NCBI GenBank assembly: GCA_963716175.1
Contig: OY970296.1
Span: 3,936,001-4,000,000, forward strand
DNA: 64,000 nucleotides
Direction of reading: 5' to 3'
Source of the DNA: an uncultured Armatimonadetes bacterium
Lineage (GTDB): Bacteria; Armatimonadota; Hebobacteria; Hebobacterales; Hebobacteraceae
Position numbers and translations under genes: made by a program. Shown piece after piece: positions 27,010 through 38,193 of this stretch. Position 1 is the stretch's first letter. Every line of letters begins with the position of its first letter. The notes beneath the pieces are model-generated. The model had not been told where the DNA came from. It was given only the letters and a program-made list of their open reading frames with translations, and did not search any database.

Positions 27010-29214
27010 GTGTCTGACTCTGCCCAGTCCGCGATCCTCAATGCCTTGAATGAGCAGCAGCGGGAGGCGGTCGAGTATGGCGACGGCCCCTTGCTCATCT
27101 TCGCCGGCGCGGGCAGCGGCAAGACGCGGGTGCTGACCTATCGCGCCGCCTATCTGATCCGGGCCCGCGAGGTGGAGCCCTCCCGCATTCTGGCCGTGAC
27201 CTTCACCAACAAGGCGGCGGATGAGATGCGCGGGCGACTGCGGCGGCTGCTGGGCGGGCAGCACCGGGAGATGTGGATCGGAACTTTCCACGCGGTGTGC
27301 GCCCGCATCCTGCGCGCCGATGGAGAGCGGGTGGGGGTGCCCTCCGGGTTCGTGGTGTTCGATGAATCCGACCAGAACACACTGATGAAAGATTGCCTGC
27401 GCGACCTCGACCTGAACCCGGAGCAGTTCCAGCCCTCGCGCATCCTGGGCGAGATCGGCAATGCCAAGAACGAGCTCATCGGCCCGCGTGACTACTACAA
27501 CTGGCGCGGCGGACGGCCCTACGACGAGATCGTGTCGCGCGCCTACACGCTCTATCAGCAGCGGCTGCACGATAACCAGGCGCTCGATTTCGACGACCTG
27601 ATTGACTATGCGGTGTGGCTGTTCGAGCGCGATCCGGAGGTGCTGGCGCGCTACCAGGACCGCTTCCAGCACCTCTTGGTGGACGAGTACCAGGACATCA
27701 ACTTCGCCCAGTATCGGCTGATCGCACTGCTGGCGGCCAAGCGCCGCAATCTCACCGTGGTGGGCGATGACGACCAGGCGATCTACGGCTGGCGCGGCGC
27801 GGACATGCGGATCATCATGCGCTTCGACCAGGACTATCCCGAGGCCAGGGTGATCAAGCTGGAGCAGAACTACCGCTCCACCCAGAACGTGCTGCGGGCG
27901 GCCTGGGAGGTGGTTCGCCACAACCGCACCCGGCGGGAGAAGCGACTCTGGACCGACGCGCCGCCGGGCGAGAGGATCGCCTGCCACCGGGCCGCGGATG
28001 AGCACGCGGAGGCCTTCTTCGTCGCCGATACCATCGAGCATCTGCGACTCCACGAGAACCGTTCCCATCAGGACTTCGCCATTCTCTACCGCGTCAACGC
28101 CCAGTCCCGCGTGTTCGAGAAGGTCTTCGTCAGTCGCGGCATTCCCTATCGCATCGTCGGCGGGCTCCGCTTCTACGACCGGGAAGAGATCAAGGACATC
28201 CTCGCCTATCTTCGGGTGGTGCACAACCCGACAGACTCCGTGAGCCTGAAGCGCATTATCAACAAGCCCACCCGTGGCGTCGGCAAGACCACGCTCCAGC
28301 ATCTCGAACAGGCGGCGCGGGAGCGCAACATGTCACTACTCGAGGTTTGCCGACATGCGGAGGCGATCCCGGAGCTGGGTGCGCGGGCTCAGCAAGCGGT
28401 GGGGCAGTTCGTGAACCTGGTGGATCATCTGCGCGCCAGAGCGGAAACGGCCAGCGTAACCGAGCTGACCGAGGCCGTGATCGAGCAATCGAGCTATCGC
28501 CTGGCGCTGGAGGAAGAGCGCACGGTCAAAGCGCGGGGGAAGCTGGACAATATCCGCGAGCTTACCACCGCCACGCGAGAATACGAGGAAAGCGCCGAGC
28601 CGCCCACGCTGCCGGGGTTCCTGGAGAACGTGGCCCTGCTCACCAGTGCGGACATGCTGAAAGAGGGCGTGGAGGCGGTTCTGCTGATGACCTTGCACAG
28701 CGCCAAGGGCCTGGAGTTCCCGGTCGTGTTCCTCGTCGGCCTGGAGGAGGGGCTCTTTCCCCTCGCGCGGGCGATCATCTCCGACAATCCGCTGGAGCTG
28801 GAGGAGGAGCGCCGACTGGCCTATGTCGGCATCACCCGGGCGAAGGAACGGCTTTTCCTCACCTCGGCCGAATCGCGCACCATCTTCGGCGGTACCTCCT
28901 ACACCAAGGTCTCGCGCTTCCTGGAGGACGTCCCGGAGGAGCTGTGCGAGCCCATCGGCCCTACCTCGCCCCGCAATATCACCTGGGAGACGGCCGACGT
29001 CGCCCGCTCACCCGCCGCCCAACAGATCCTGGTCGAAGCCGGCGTGGGAGAGGCGCCCTTCAAAGTCGGCGACAGGGTGCGCCATGGCCAGTTCGGCAGC
29101 GGCATGGTGGTCTCAGTGACCGGCAGCGGCCCGGACCTGCTGGTATCCGTCGCGTTTCCGAAGCAGGGAATCAAGAAGCTGGACCCGCAGTACGCGAAGC
29201 TGGAGAAGCTGTAG
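27010..29214 (+). CDS. pcrA: ATP-dependent DNA helicase PcrA/UvrD
   Basis: AGAGSGKT, TFTNKAA, VDEYQD, VGDDDQAIY, LEQNYRST, TLHSAKGLEF, EERRLAYVGITRA, C-terminal Tudor-like domain. Confidence 0.96.
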   Translation: MSDSAQSAILNALNEQQREAVEYGDGPLLIFAGAGSGKTRVLTYRAAYLIRAREVEPSRILAVTFTNKAADEMRGRLRRLLGGQHREMWIGTFHAVCARILRADGERVGVPSGFVVFDESDQNTLMKDCLRDLDLNPEQFQPSRILGEIGNAKNELIGPRDYYNWRGGRPYDEIVSRAYTLYQQRLHDNQALDFDDLIDYAVWLFERDPEVLARYQDRFQHLLVDEYQDINFAQYRLIALLAAKRRNLTVVGDDDQAIYGWRGADMRIIMRFDQDYPEARVIKLEQNYRSTQNVLRAAWEVVRHNRTRREKRLWTDAPPGERIACHRAADEHAEAFFVADTIEHLRLHENRSHQDFAILYRVNAQSRVFEKVFVSRGIPYRIVGGLRFYDREEIKDILAYLRVVHNPTDSVSLKRIINKPTRGVGKTTLQHLEQAARERNMSLLEVCRHAEAIPELGARAQQAVGQFVNLVDHLRARAETASVTELTEAVIEQSSYRLALEEERTVKARGKLDNIRELTTATREYEESAEPPTLPGFLENVALLTSADMLKEGVEAVLLMTLHSAKGLEFPVVFLVGLEEGLFPLARAIISDNPLELEEERRLAYVGITRAKERLFLTSAESRTIFGGTSYTKVSRFLEDVPEELCEPIGPTSPRNITWETADVARSPAAQQILVEAGVGEAPFKVGDRVRHGQFGSGMVVSVTGSGPDLLVSVAFPKQGIKKLDPQYAKLEKL

Positions 29215-29229
29215 GGCGGGGCGAGGTCC

Positions 29230-29256
29230 GTAGGGAAGCCCCTCTGCGGGCTCCCC
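29230..29256 (+). repeat. GTAG-type hairpin, possibly a terminator between convergent genes
   Basis: GTAGGGAAGCCC-CTCTGC-GGGCTCCCC. Confidence 0.5.
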
Positions 29257-29275
29257 TGACAGACCCCTCAGGCAC

Positions 29276-32434
<3,159 letters not shown>

Positions 32435-32484
32435 GCTACTTGGTAGCCCAGGCTCCCAGCCTGGAGTGTGGTCAGAGATCGGGA

Positions 32485-33033
32485 ATGCTGAACCCACAAC
32501 AACGGGCTGCGCTGCTTAAGGTCGCCCGCGGGGCGATGGAGGCCGCGGCCACGAACCAGCCTTACCGCCCGGCCTCGAATGACCCGGCCTTGCGGCAGCC
32601 TGGCGCCGCCTTTGTCACCCTCAACAAGCACGGCCAGCTTCGCGGCTGCATCGGCATGATCGAGGCGCGGGACCCCCTGATCGAGTGCGTGGCCAACATG
32701 GCGCGGGCGGCCGCGCGAGAGGATTACCGCTTCCCACCGGTGCGACCCGCTGAGGTGGCCGAGCTCAGTGTTGATATCTCAGTGCTGAGCCCGTGCGAGC
32801 GGGTGGAGGACGTGAGCAAGATCGAGGTGGGCAAGCACGGGCTGATCATCCAGGACGCGCAGTGCCGGGGGCTGCTGCTGCCCCAGGTGGCGACGGAATG
32901 GGGCTGGAGTCGCGAGGAGTTCCTGGATCACTGCTGCCTCAAGGCCGGGCTGCCCGAGGGGCACTGGCGCAAGGGCGGAGAGATCTACTGCTTCACCGCG
33001 GAAGTGTTTGGGGAGGAGGAGCCGGGTGGCTGA
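32485..33033 (+). CDS. amrA: AmmeMemoRadiSam system protein A (AMMECR1 family)
   Basis: AFVTL..LRGCIG, DYRFPPV, ISVLS, GLLLPQVA, CLKAG. Confidence 0.92.
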   Translation: MLNPQQRAALLKVARGAMEAAATNQPYRPASNDPALRQPGAAFVTLNKHGQLRGCIGMIEARDPLIECVANMARAAAREDYRFPPVRPAEVAELSVDISVLSPCERVEDVSKIEVGKHGLIIQDAQCRGLLLPQVATEWGWSREEFLDHCCLKAGLPEGHWRKGGEIYCFTAEVFGEEEPGG

Positions 33034-33034
33034 T

Positions 33035-33058
33035 GGGCAGGTCGCGGACCTGCCCTAC
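33035..33058 (-). repeat. GTAG-type REP
   Basis: Exact reverse complement of GTAGGGCAGGTCCGCGACCTGCCC at 45355-45378. Confidence 0.8.
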
Positions 33059-33098
33059 CACCGGGGAAGTGCCTGGGGAGGAGGAGTAGCTGACTGCC

Positions 33099-33650
33099 AT
33101 GATGGATCATGCCGGCGCGCTGGCGCTGCTGCAAGCCCACGTCAAGACCAGGAACCTGATCAAGCACTGCCTCGCCTGCGAGGCGGTGCTGGGCGCGCTC
33201 GCCCAGCGCCTGGGCCAGGATGAAGCCACCTGGCGGCTGGCCGGGCTGCTGCATGACGTAGACTACGACCAGACCGTGAACTCGCCGGAGACGCATGCCT
33301 TGATCGGGGCCAAGCTGCTGGAGGCAGCAGGCGTTGACTCCGGGATCGTGCATGCGGTGCTGGCGCACGCCGAGAAAGTGCCGCGGGAGTCTTTGCTCGA
33401 CAAAGCCGTGTGGGTGGTGGACCCGCTCACCGGGCTGATCGTGGCCGCGGCCCTGATCAGACCGGAGAAGAAGCTGGCGGCGATTGATGCCCAGTTCGTG
33501 CTGAATCGGATGAAGGAGAAAAGCTTCGCCCGCGGCGCGAACCGGGAGCAGATTCGGGCCTGCGAGCAGGAGCTGGGGCTGCCGCTCGAGGAGTTCGTGG
33601 GAATCGGGGTACACGCGATGCAGGGCATCAGTGGCGAGCTGGGGTTGTGA
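33099..33650 (+). CDS. HDIG/HD domain phosphohydrolase
   Basis: LIKHCLA, GLLHDVDY, DPLTGLIVAAAL, MKEKSFARGANRE. Confidence 0.88.
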   Translation: MMDHAGALALLQAHVKTRNLIKHCLACEAVLGALAQRLGQDEATWRLAGLLHDVDYDQTVNSPETHALIGAKLLEAAGVDSGIVHAVLAHAEKVPRESLLDKAVWVVDPLTGLIVAAALIRPEKKLAAIDAQFVLNRMKEKSFARGANREQIRACEQELGLPLEEFVGIGVHAMQGISGELGL

Positions 33651-34111
33651 GCGAGGAGGGTTCGCTCCGGTGGGCAGTTCACCTCGCTCGCCGCAGGCCG
33701 CGCCAGGCCACAGTTGCGCTGGGCATCATCCTGGTGGGCGCAATCGCGGCGGGCCTGGGGTTCGGTAGCTTCCTGCTGGGCGCGTTGGCTGCAGTGCTGC
33801 TGCTGGCCTCGGTCGCCGACTACCTGCTTCCCATCCACTACCGGCTCGACGAGCGCGGCCTGTCTATGCGAGGGGTCTTGCATCGCCGGCGGCTGAGTTG
33901 GGGACAAGTGCGCCGGGTGATCCGGGATGACCTGGGGGTGAAGGCCAGCCCGCTGGCCCGGCCTTCGAGACTCGAAGCCTACCGTGGTATATACCTCTGG
34001 TTCGCGGACAACGAAGCCGAAGTGATGGCAGCCATCACGCATTACACCTCACCGGAGGCGGGTGGTGGAGACTATCGGCCACCTATTCAGCTTTCTACGC
34101 GCACGCCCTGA
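33647..34111 (+). CDS. Hypothetical two-TM protein with PH-like soluble domain
   Basis: Two TMs followed by YRLDERG..LSWGQVRRV; start overlaps previous stop. Confidence 0.7.
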   Translation: MSEEGSLRWAVHLARRRPRQATVALGIILVGAIAAGLGFGSFLLGALAAVLLLASVADYLLPIHYRLDERGLSMRGVLHRRRLSWGQVRRVIRDDLGVKASPLARPSRLEAYRGIYLWFADNEAEVMAAITHYTSPEAGGGDYRPPIQLSTRTP

Positions 34112-34400
34112 GCCAGAGGCGGAGAGGGCGGCGCGCGAGGCGAGGCAGGCCGAGATCGTGGAGAAGCTGGCCCGCGCCATCGTGGCGCGGCGGCTGGAGG
34201 CGCCGGCCGCACTCTTCCTGGAACTCAATCGCCCCCTCGGCTTCATCTTCAGCCAGGCCGCCTTCTTCGCCCGTCCCTTCCTGGCCTTCTTCCTGCCCAC
34301 GGCAGATGTGGAAGGGGCAGCAGAAGTCCTCGACGACCCCAGAGCCTTGGACCGGTTGATCGAGCGCATCGGCGAGATCAGCGCCGCGGAGAGCAGGTAG
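34062..34400 (+). CDS. Hypothetical protein
   Basis: IVEKLARAIVARRLEAPAALFLE..RPL; operon position and GC-biased third positions. Confidence 0.7.
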   Translation: MVETIGHLFSFLRARPEPEAERAAREARQAEIVEKLARAIVARRLEAPAALFLELNRPLGFIFSQAAFFARPFLAFFLPTADVEGAAEVLDDPRALDRLIERIGEISAAESR

Positions 34401-34402
34401 GC

Positions 34403-35197
34403 ATGGGTAGCCTGGAGCATGCCAACTGGTTCATGACCGCGCTGCTGGGTGGCATGAGCGCGATCATCATTGCCAGCGTGCTGCTCGCCCAGCGGGGCCG
34501 CGCCATGTTCATCCGCCGCATCCCCGGGCTGGCCGCCATCGAGCAGGCGGTGGGCCGGGCCACCGAAATGGGACGACCCATCTTCTTCTCGCCCGGGCTC
34601 GACTCCATCAGCATCACGACCCTGCAAGCGCTCGCCATTCTCTCTCACATCGTTCGTCTTGCCGCCGCGCAAGCCACGCGCGTGATTGTCGGGGTGCGCG
34701 ACCCGACGGTGCTGCCGGTGGCCGAGGAGTCAGTCCGCGAGGCGTTCACCGCCTCCGGGCATCCGGAGGCCTACCGGCCCGAGGATGTGCGCTTTGTCTC
34801 GGACGATCAGTTCGCCTACGCGCTGGGAACAGTGGGGCTGATGCAGCGGGAGCGGGTGGCGACGAACTTCTTCTTCGGGGGTTTCTATGCGGAGGCGCTG
34901 ATCCTCACCGAGAACGGCCAGGCGCTGGGCGCGCTGCAGGTGGCGGGCTGTCCTGATCCGACCCAGATTCCTTTCTTCATCGCCACCTGTGATTACGTGG
35001 TGATCGGCGACGAGTACTACGCGGCCAGCGCCTACCTCACCCGCGAGCCCACGCTCACCGGGAGCCTGGTGGGCCAAGATATCGCGAAAGGAATCATAGT
35101 CGCCATCGTGCTGGTGGGGTTGGGCCTTGCCACCATCCTGGGCGCGGGGCCGACGCAGCATAGCTTCCTGCTGGGTCTGTTGGCGCAGGGAAGATGA
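34403..35197 (+). CDS. DUF6754-like membrane protein
   Basis: IRRIPGLAAIEQAVGRATEMGRP, GDEYYAASAYL, GSLVGQD; N- and C-terminal TMs. Confidence 0.8.
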   Translation: MGSLEHANWFMTALLGGMSAIIIASVLLAQRGRAMFIRRIPGLAAIEQAVGRATEMGRPIFFSPGLDSISITTLQALAILSHIVRLAAAQATRVIVGVRDPTVLPVAEESVREAFTASGHPEAYRPEDVRFVSDDQFAYALGTVGLMQRERVATNFFFGGFYAEALILTENGQALGALQVAGCPDPTQIPFFIATCDYVVIGDEYYAASAYLTREPTLTGSLVGQDIAKGIIVAIVLVGLGLATILGAGPTQHSFLLGLLAQGR

Positions 35198-36000
35198 CGC
35201 AGAGCGCGCTGGTGCTTCGGATAGTGCTCTCGCTGATCGGCACCGGGGCCGTGCTGTACGCGCTGCACCGCGCGCTGGGCCCCCGCGGCCGGCGCTGGCT
35301 GATCGTGCTGGTGACGTTTGCAGGCGGCCTGTTCTACGGGCTCGAGTGGTTCTACCCGGCTCACGGCCACCCCTCGAAGAACTTCCTCACGGACTGGATC
35401 GAACCGGTCAGCAACATGCTGGCCGTGGTGGGCGCCTTCACGGTAGGTCTGGGCATCTTCAGCCTCTGCCAGGTGCACGGCCGGAACGTCGCGCGCCGGC
35501 GGGCCGGCTGGTGGAACAGCTTGGCCTTCTTCCTCGCCATGATCGCGATGTTCGTGTTCGGCCTCTGGGAGCATTACTTGCACTTGCCCGAACCCACGCC
35601 CGCGGTGGTGCCCTGGCAGAAGGCGGTCTATGAGGTGCTGTTCAGCGGGCTCTTCGTCCCCCTCCAGGCGGCGACGTTCTCTCTGCTCGCCTTCTACATC
35701 GCCTCCGCGGCCTACCGCGCCTTTCGCATTCGCACCGCAGAGGCCGCCCTGATGATGGCGGCCGCATTCGTGGTGATGCTGGGGCAGGTGCCGATCGGGG
35801 CCTGGCTCACGAATGGGCTTCCGGCGAAGACGGCTCTGGGTTTCTTTCGACTGGAGGCACTGGGCGACTGGGTGATGCGCTGGCTCAACACGCCGGCCCA
35901 GCGGGGCATCACTTTCGGCATTGCCATCGGGGCCCTGGCCATGTCGCTGCGCATCTGGCTGAGCCTGGAGCGCGGCACCTTCTTCTCGGAGCAGGGCTAG
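35194..36000 (+). CDS. Multi-pass membrane protein of the DUF6754 cluster
   Basis: About 7 TMs; ATFSLLAFYIASAAYRAFRIR; ATGA overlap with the previous gene. Confidence 0.8.
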   Translation: MTQSALVLRIVLSLIGTGAVLYALHRALGPRGRRWLIVLVTFAGGLFYGLEWFYPAHGHPSKNFLTDWIEPVSNMLAVVGAFTVGLGIFSLCQVHGRNVARRRAGWWNSLAFFLAMIAMFVFGLWEHYLHLPEPTPAVVPWQKAVYEVLFSGLFVPLQAATFSLLAFYIASAAYRAFRIRTAEAALMMAAAFVVMLGQVPIGAWLTNGLPAKTALGFFRLEALGDWVMRWLNTPAQRGITFGIAIGALAMSLRIWLSLERGTFFSEQG

Positions 36001-36004
36001 AAAC

Positions 36005-36443
36005 TGCAATCCGCAGATTACGCAGATGGCGCAGAAGAATAGGAATGACCCGAGAACCTATGCGATTATCGGCGCAGCCATTCAGGTGCATGGTGAGCTT
36101 GGCTGCGGCTTCCTGGAAGCGGTGTACCAGGAGGCGCTTGCCCTGGAGTTTGGCCGGCAGGGACTCCCGTTCGCAGCGCAGGTGGAGTTGCCGATCTCCT
36201 ATCGAGGCAGGCCGCTAGACGCGAGCTTTCGGGCGGACTTCATCTGTTTCGACGAGGTGATCGTAGAGGTCAAGGCATTGTCTGCCCTCAGCGGCGTCGA
36301 AGACGCTCAGGTGATCAACTACCTCGAAGCAACGGGGCTCCAGGTGGGCCTGCTGCTCAACTTCGGGACCAAGTCGCTTCAGCACAGACGGCTTGTGTTG
36401 TCCAAGAGATAATCTGTGCAATCTGCGTAATCTGCGGATAGCA
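36005..36443 (+). mobile_element. Inverted-repeat-flanked GxxExxY cassette
   Basis: About 31-bp inverted repeats (36005-36035 and 36413-36443) with a perfect 19-bp core ATCCGCAGATTACGCAGAT. Confidence 0.6.
36026..36412 (+). CDS. GxxExxY protein (PD-(D/E)XK-like)
   Basis: IIGAAIQVHGELGCGFLEAVYQEAL, RADF, VIVEVK, AQVINYL, GLLLNFG. Confidence 0.95.
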   Translation: MAQKNRNDPRTYAIIGAAIQVHGELGCGFLEAVYQEALALEFGRQGLPFAAQVELPISYRGRPLDASFRADFICFDEVIVEVKALSALSGVEDAQVINYLEATGLQVGLLLNFGTKSLQHRRLVLSKR

Positions 36444-37304
36444 ATGATGGAAGAGCGTTCGACCGACAACTTCTGGCAGCGCCTGCAGCAGATCCCGCGG
36501 CACTACATCTACCTGCTGCTGGCGGCAGTGGTGGTGTGGCAGCTCCTGTTCCCGATTCGCCTGCCGATAGTGCCCAGCGCGGCCACCCTAGGCCTTTACG
36601 ATGCCATCCACGCGGTGCCTGATGATAAGCTCATCATCATCAGCACCGACTGGGACGCGAGCACGCAAGCTGAGACCGGGCCGCAGACTCAGGCCATCAT
36701 CAATGCCTGCTTTCAGCTCAAGAAGCGCTTCGTGATCATGAACATGCAGCCCCCCATGGGGGTGAAGCTGGCCAATGACATCGCGCTGGAGCTGGGCAAG
36801 CAATATGGCGCTCGCTATGGCATAGACTGGGCGAACTGGGGCTATAAGTACGGCTATGGCAACGTGCTGATGGCGATGGCGAAGGATATCCCCAAGGCGA
36901 TCGGCGATGACTTCTACGGCAAACGGGTGACGACGCTGCCACTGATGAAGGGCGTGAAGGATATCAAGAGCATCGGCCTGGTGATCGAGGTCACCGGCCT
37001 GTCGGGCATGACCGAGACCTGGATAGGCCTGATCCAGGGGCCCTATCGGACCCCGTTCGCGTCGGCTTACACCGCGGTGATGGCGCCTGGCTACTATCCC
37101 TTTCTGGATTCCGGGCAGATGAAGGGGATGCTGGTCGGAGCCAAGGGCGCCGCCGAGATGGAGACCCTGGTGCACCGGCCGGGCAAAGCCACCGCCATCA
37201 TGAACGTGCAGTCGTGGGCGCACGTGCTGATCATCGCCCTCATCATCATCGGCAACCTGGGATACGTGCTGGCCCGAGCCCGGGCCCAAGGAGAGCCGCG
37301 GTGA
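36444..37304 (+). CDS. Membrane-anchored protein of the DUF6754 cluster
   Basis: N-terminal TM, soluble domain (DWANWGYK, PFLDSGQMKGMLVGAKGAAEME), C-terminal TM. Confidence 0.8.
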   Translation: MMEERSTDNFWQRLQQIPRHYIYLLLAAVVVWQLLFPIRLPIVPSAATLGLYDAIHAVPDDKLIIISTDWDASTQAETGPQTQAIINACFQLKKRFVIMNMQPPMGVKLANDIALELGKQYGARYGIDWANWGYKYGYGNVLMAMAKDIPKAIGDDFYGKRVTTLPLMKGVKDIKSIGLVIEVTGLSGMTETWIGLIQGPYRTPFASAYTAVMAPGYYPFLDSGQMKGMLVGAKGAAEMETLVHRPGKATAIMNVQSWAHVLIIALIIIGNLGYVLARARAQGEPR

Positions 37305-37969
37305 ACCCCGAGGTCACCATCCTCTGGTGCGCCGCTCTCGCTACCCTGGGGATCTATAGCATTCTCTACCGGGACAATGCCATCTCCCGGTTGTTCGAGC
37401 ACATCTTCGTGGGTCTGAGCGCGGGTTATCTGATCTTCACCACCTGGACCCAGAACCTGGAGGGCAAGTGGTGGAATCCCATGATCCACCAGCGCCACTG
37501 GTACTGGATCTTCGCCCCGGTGGTGGGGCTGCTCTTCTACCTGATCTACAGCCGGCGGCTGGTGTGGCTGGCTCGCCTGGTGATGGGGCTGTTCTTCGGC
37601 ACCGCGGCGGGCATATTCTTCCGCGAGTTCTTCCCGCTCTACTCCCCGCAGATCTACGCCTGCTTCAAGCCGCTGCGGGCCGACGCCCACCTGGCCTGGT
37701 CAGACGTGATTCTCCACAACTGGGTGTTCGTGGTCATCCTGCTGACGGTGATGAGCTACTTCTTCTTCTCCCTCCCGCACGAGGGCCGCTTCGGCCGCAA
37801 CCTGGGCCGCTCGTCTCTGCTGGGCCGGTGGTTCCTGATGGTCGCCTTCGGCGCCATGTTCGGAAACACGGTGATGGCCCGCATCTCCCTCTTCATCGGG
37901 CGCGTGCAGTTTCTGCTGAAGGACTGGATCGGGCAGTATGTGCATTGGTTCGCGGGGAGGGGGATGTAG
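37301..37969 (+). CDS. Multi-pass membrane protein of the DUF6754 cluster
   Basis: YSILYRDN..FEHIFVG..AGY and GRWFLMVAFGAMFGNTVMAR; GTGA overlap. Confidence 0.8.
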   Translation: MNPEVTILWCAALATLGIYSILYRDNAISRLFEHIFVGLSAGYLIFTTWTQNLEGKWWNPMIHQRHWYWIFAPVVGLLFYLIYSRRLVWLARLVMGLFFGTAAGIFFREFFPLYSPQIYACFKPLRADAHLAWSDVILHNWVFVVILLTVMSYFFFSLPHEGRFGRNLGRSSLLGRWFLMVAFGAMFGNTVMARISLFIGRVQFLLKDWIGQYVHWFAGRGM

Positions 37970-37990
37970 CGTGGGGCGGTCCGGAAGCCC

Positions 37991-38113
37991 GTGGGGCAGG
38001 AGTCTGTCTCCTGCCCCAGGCGGGCCGCGAGCCCCCGGCCGCAAAGGTCACCGTTGGACAGGAGCTTGCTCCTGTCACCCATCATACATGGCAGGACCGA
38101 GGTCCTGCCCAAC
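37991..38113. repeat. Cluster of three REP-like hairpins at the operon end
   Basis: 37991-38017, 38053-38076 and 38090-38113 (inverted), each GT(G/T)G..CAGG-loop-CCTG. Confidence 0.6.
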
Positions 38114-38193
38114 CGAGCGTCCCGCCGTTCCTAGAGTTCCTCTGCGCTCTCTGCGTCTCTGTGGTGCCTCCAGTTGTGATATGATGCGGTGTC

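Noticed and set aside
26995-28302. 435-aa minus-strand ORF
   Set aside because: Antisense shadow of pcrA.
32485-33033. AMMECR1 gene without Memo and radical SAM partners
   Set aside because: These genes are often dispersed; not unusual.
37970-38170. Hairpin cluster as a CRISPR array
   Set aside because: Units are not identical direct repeats, spacing is irregular and there are no cas genes.
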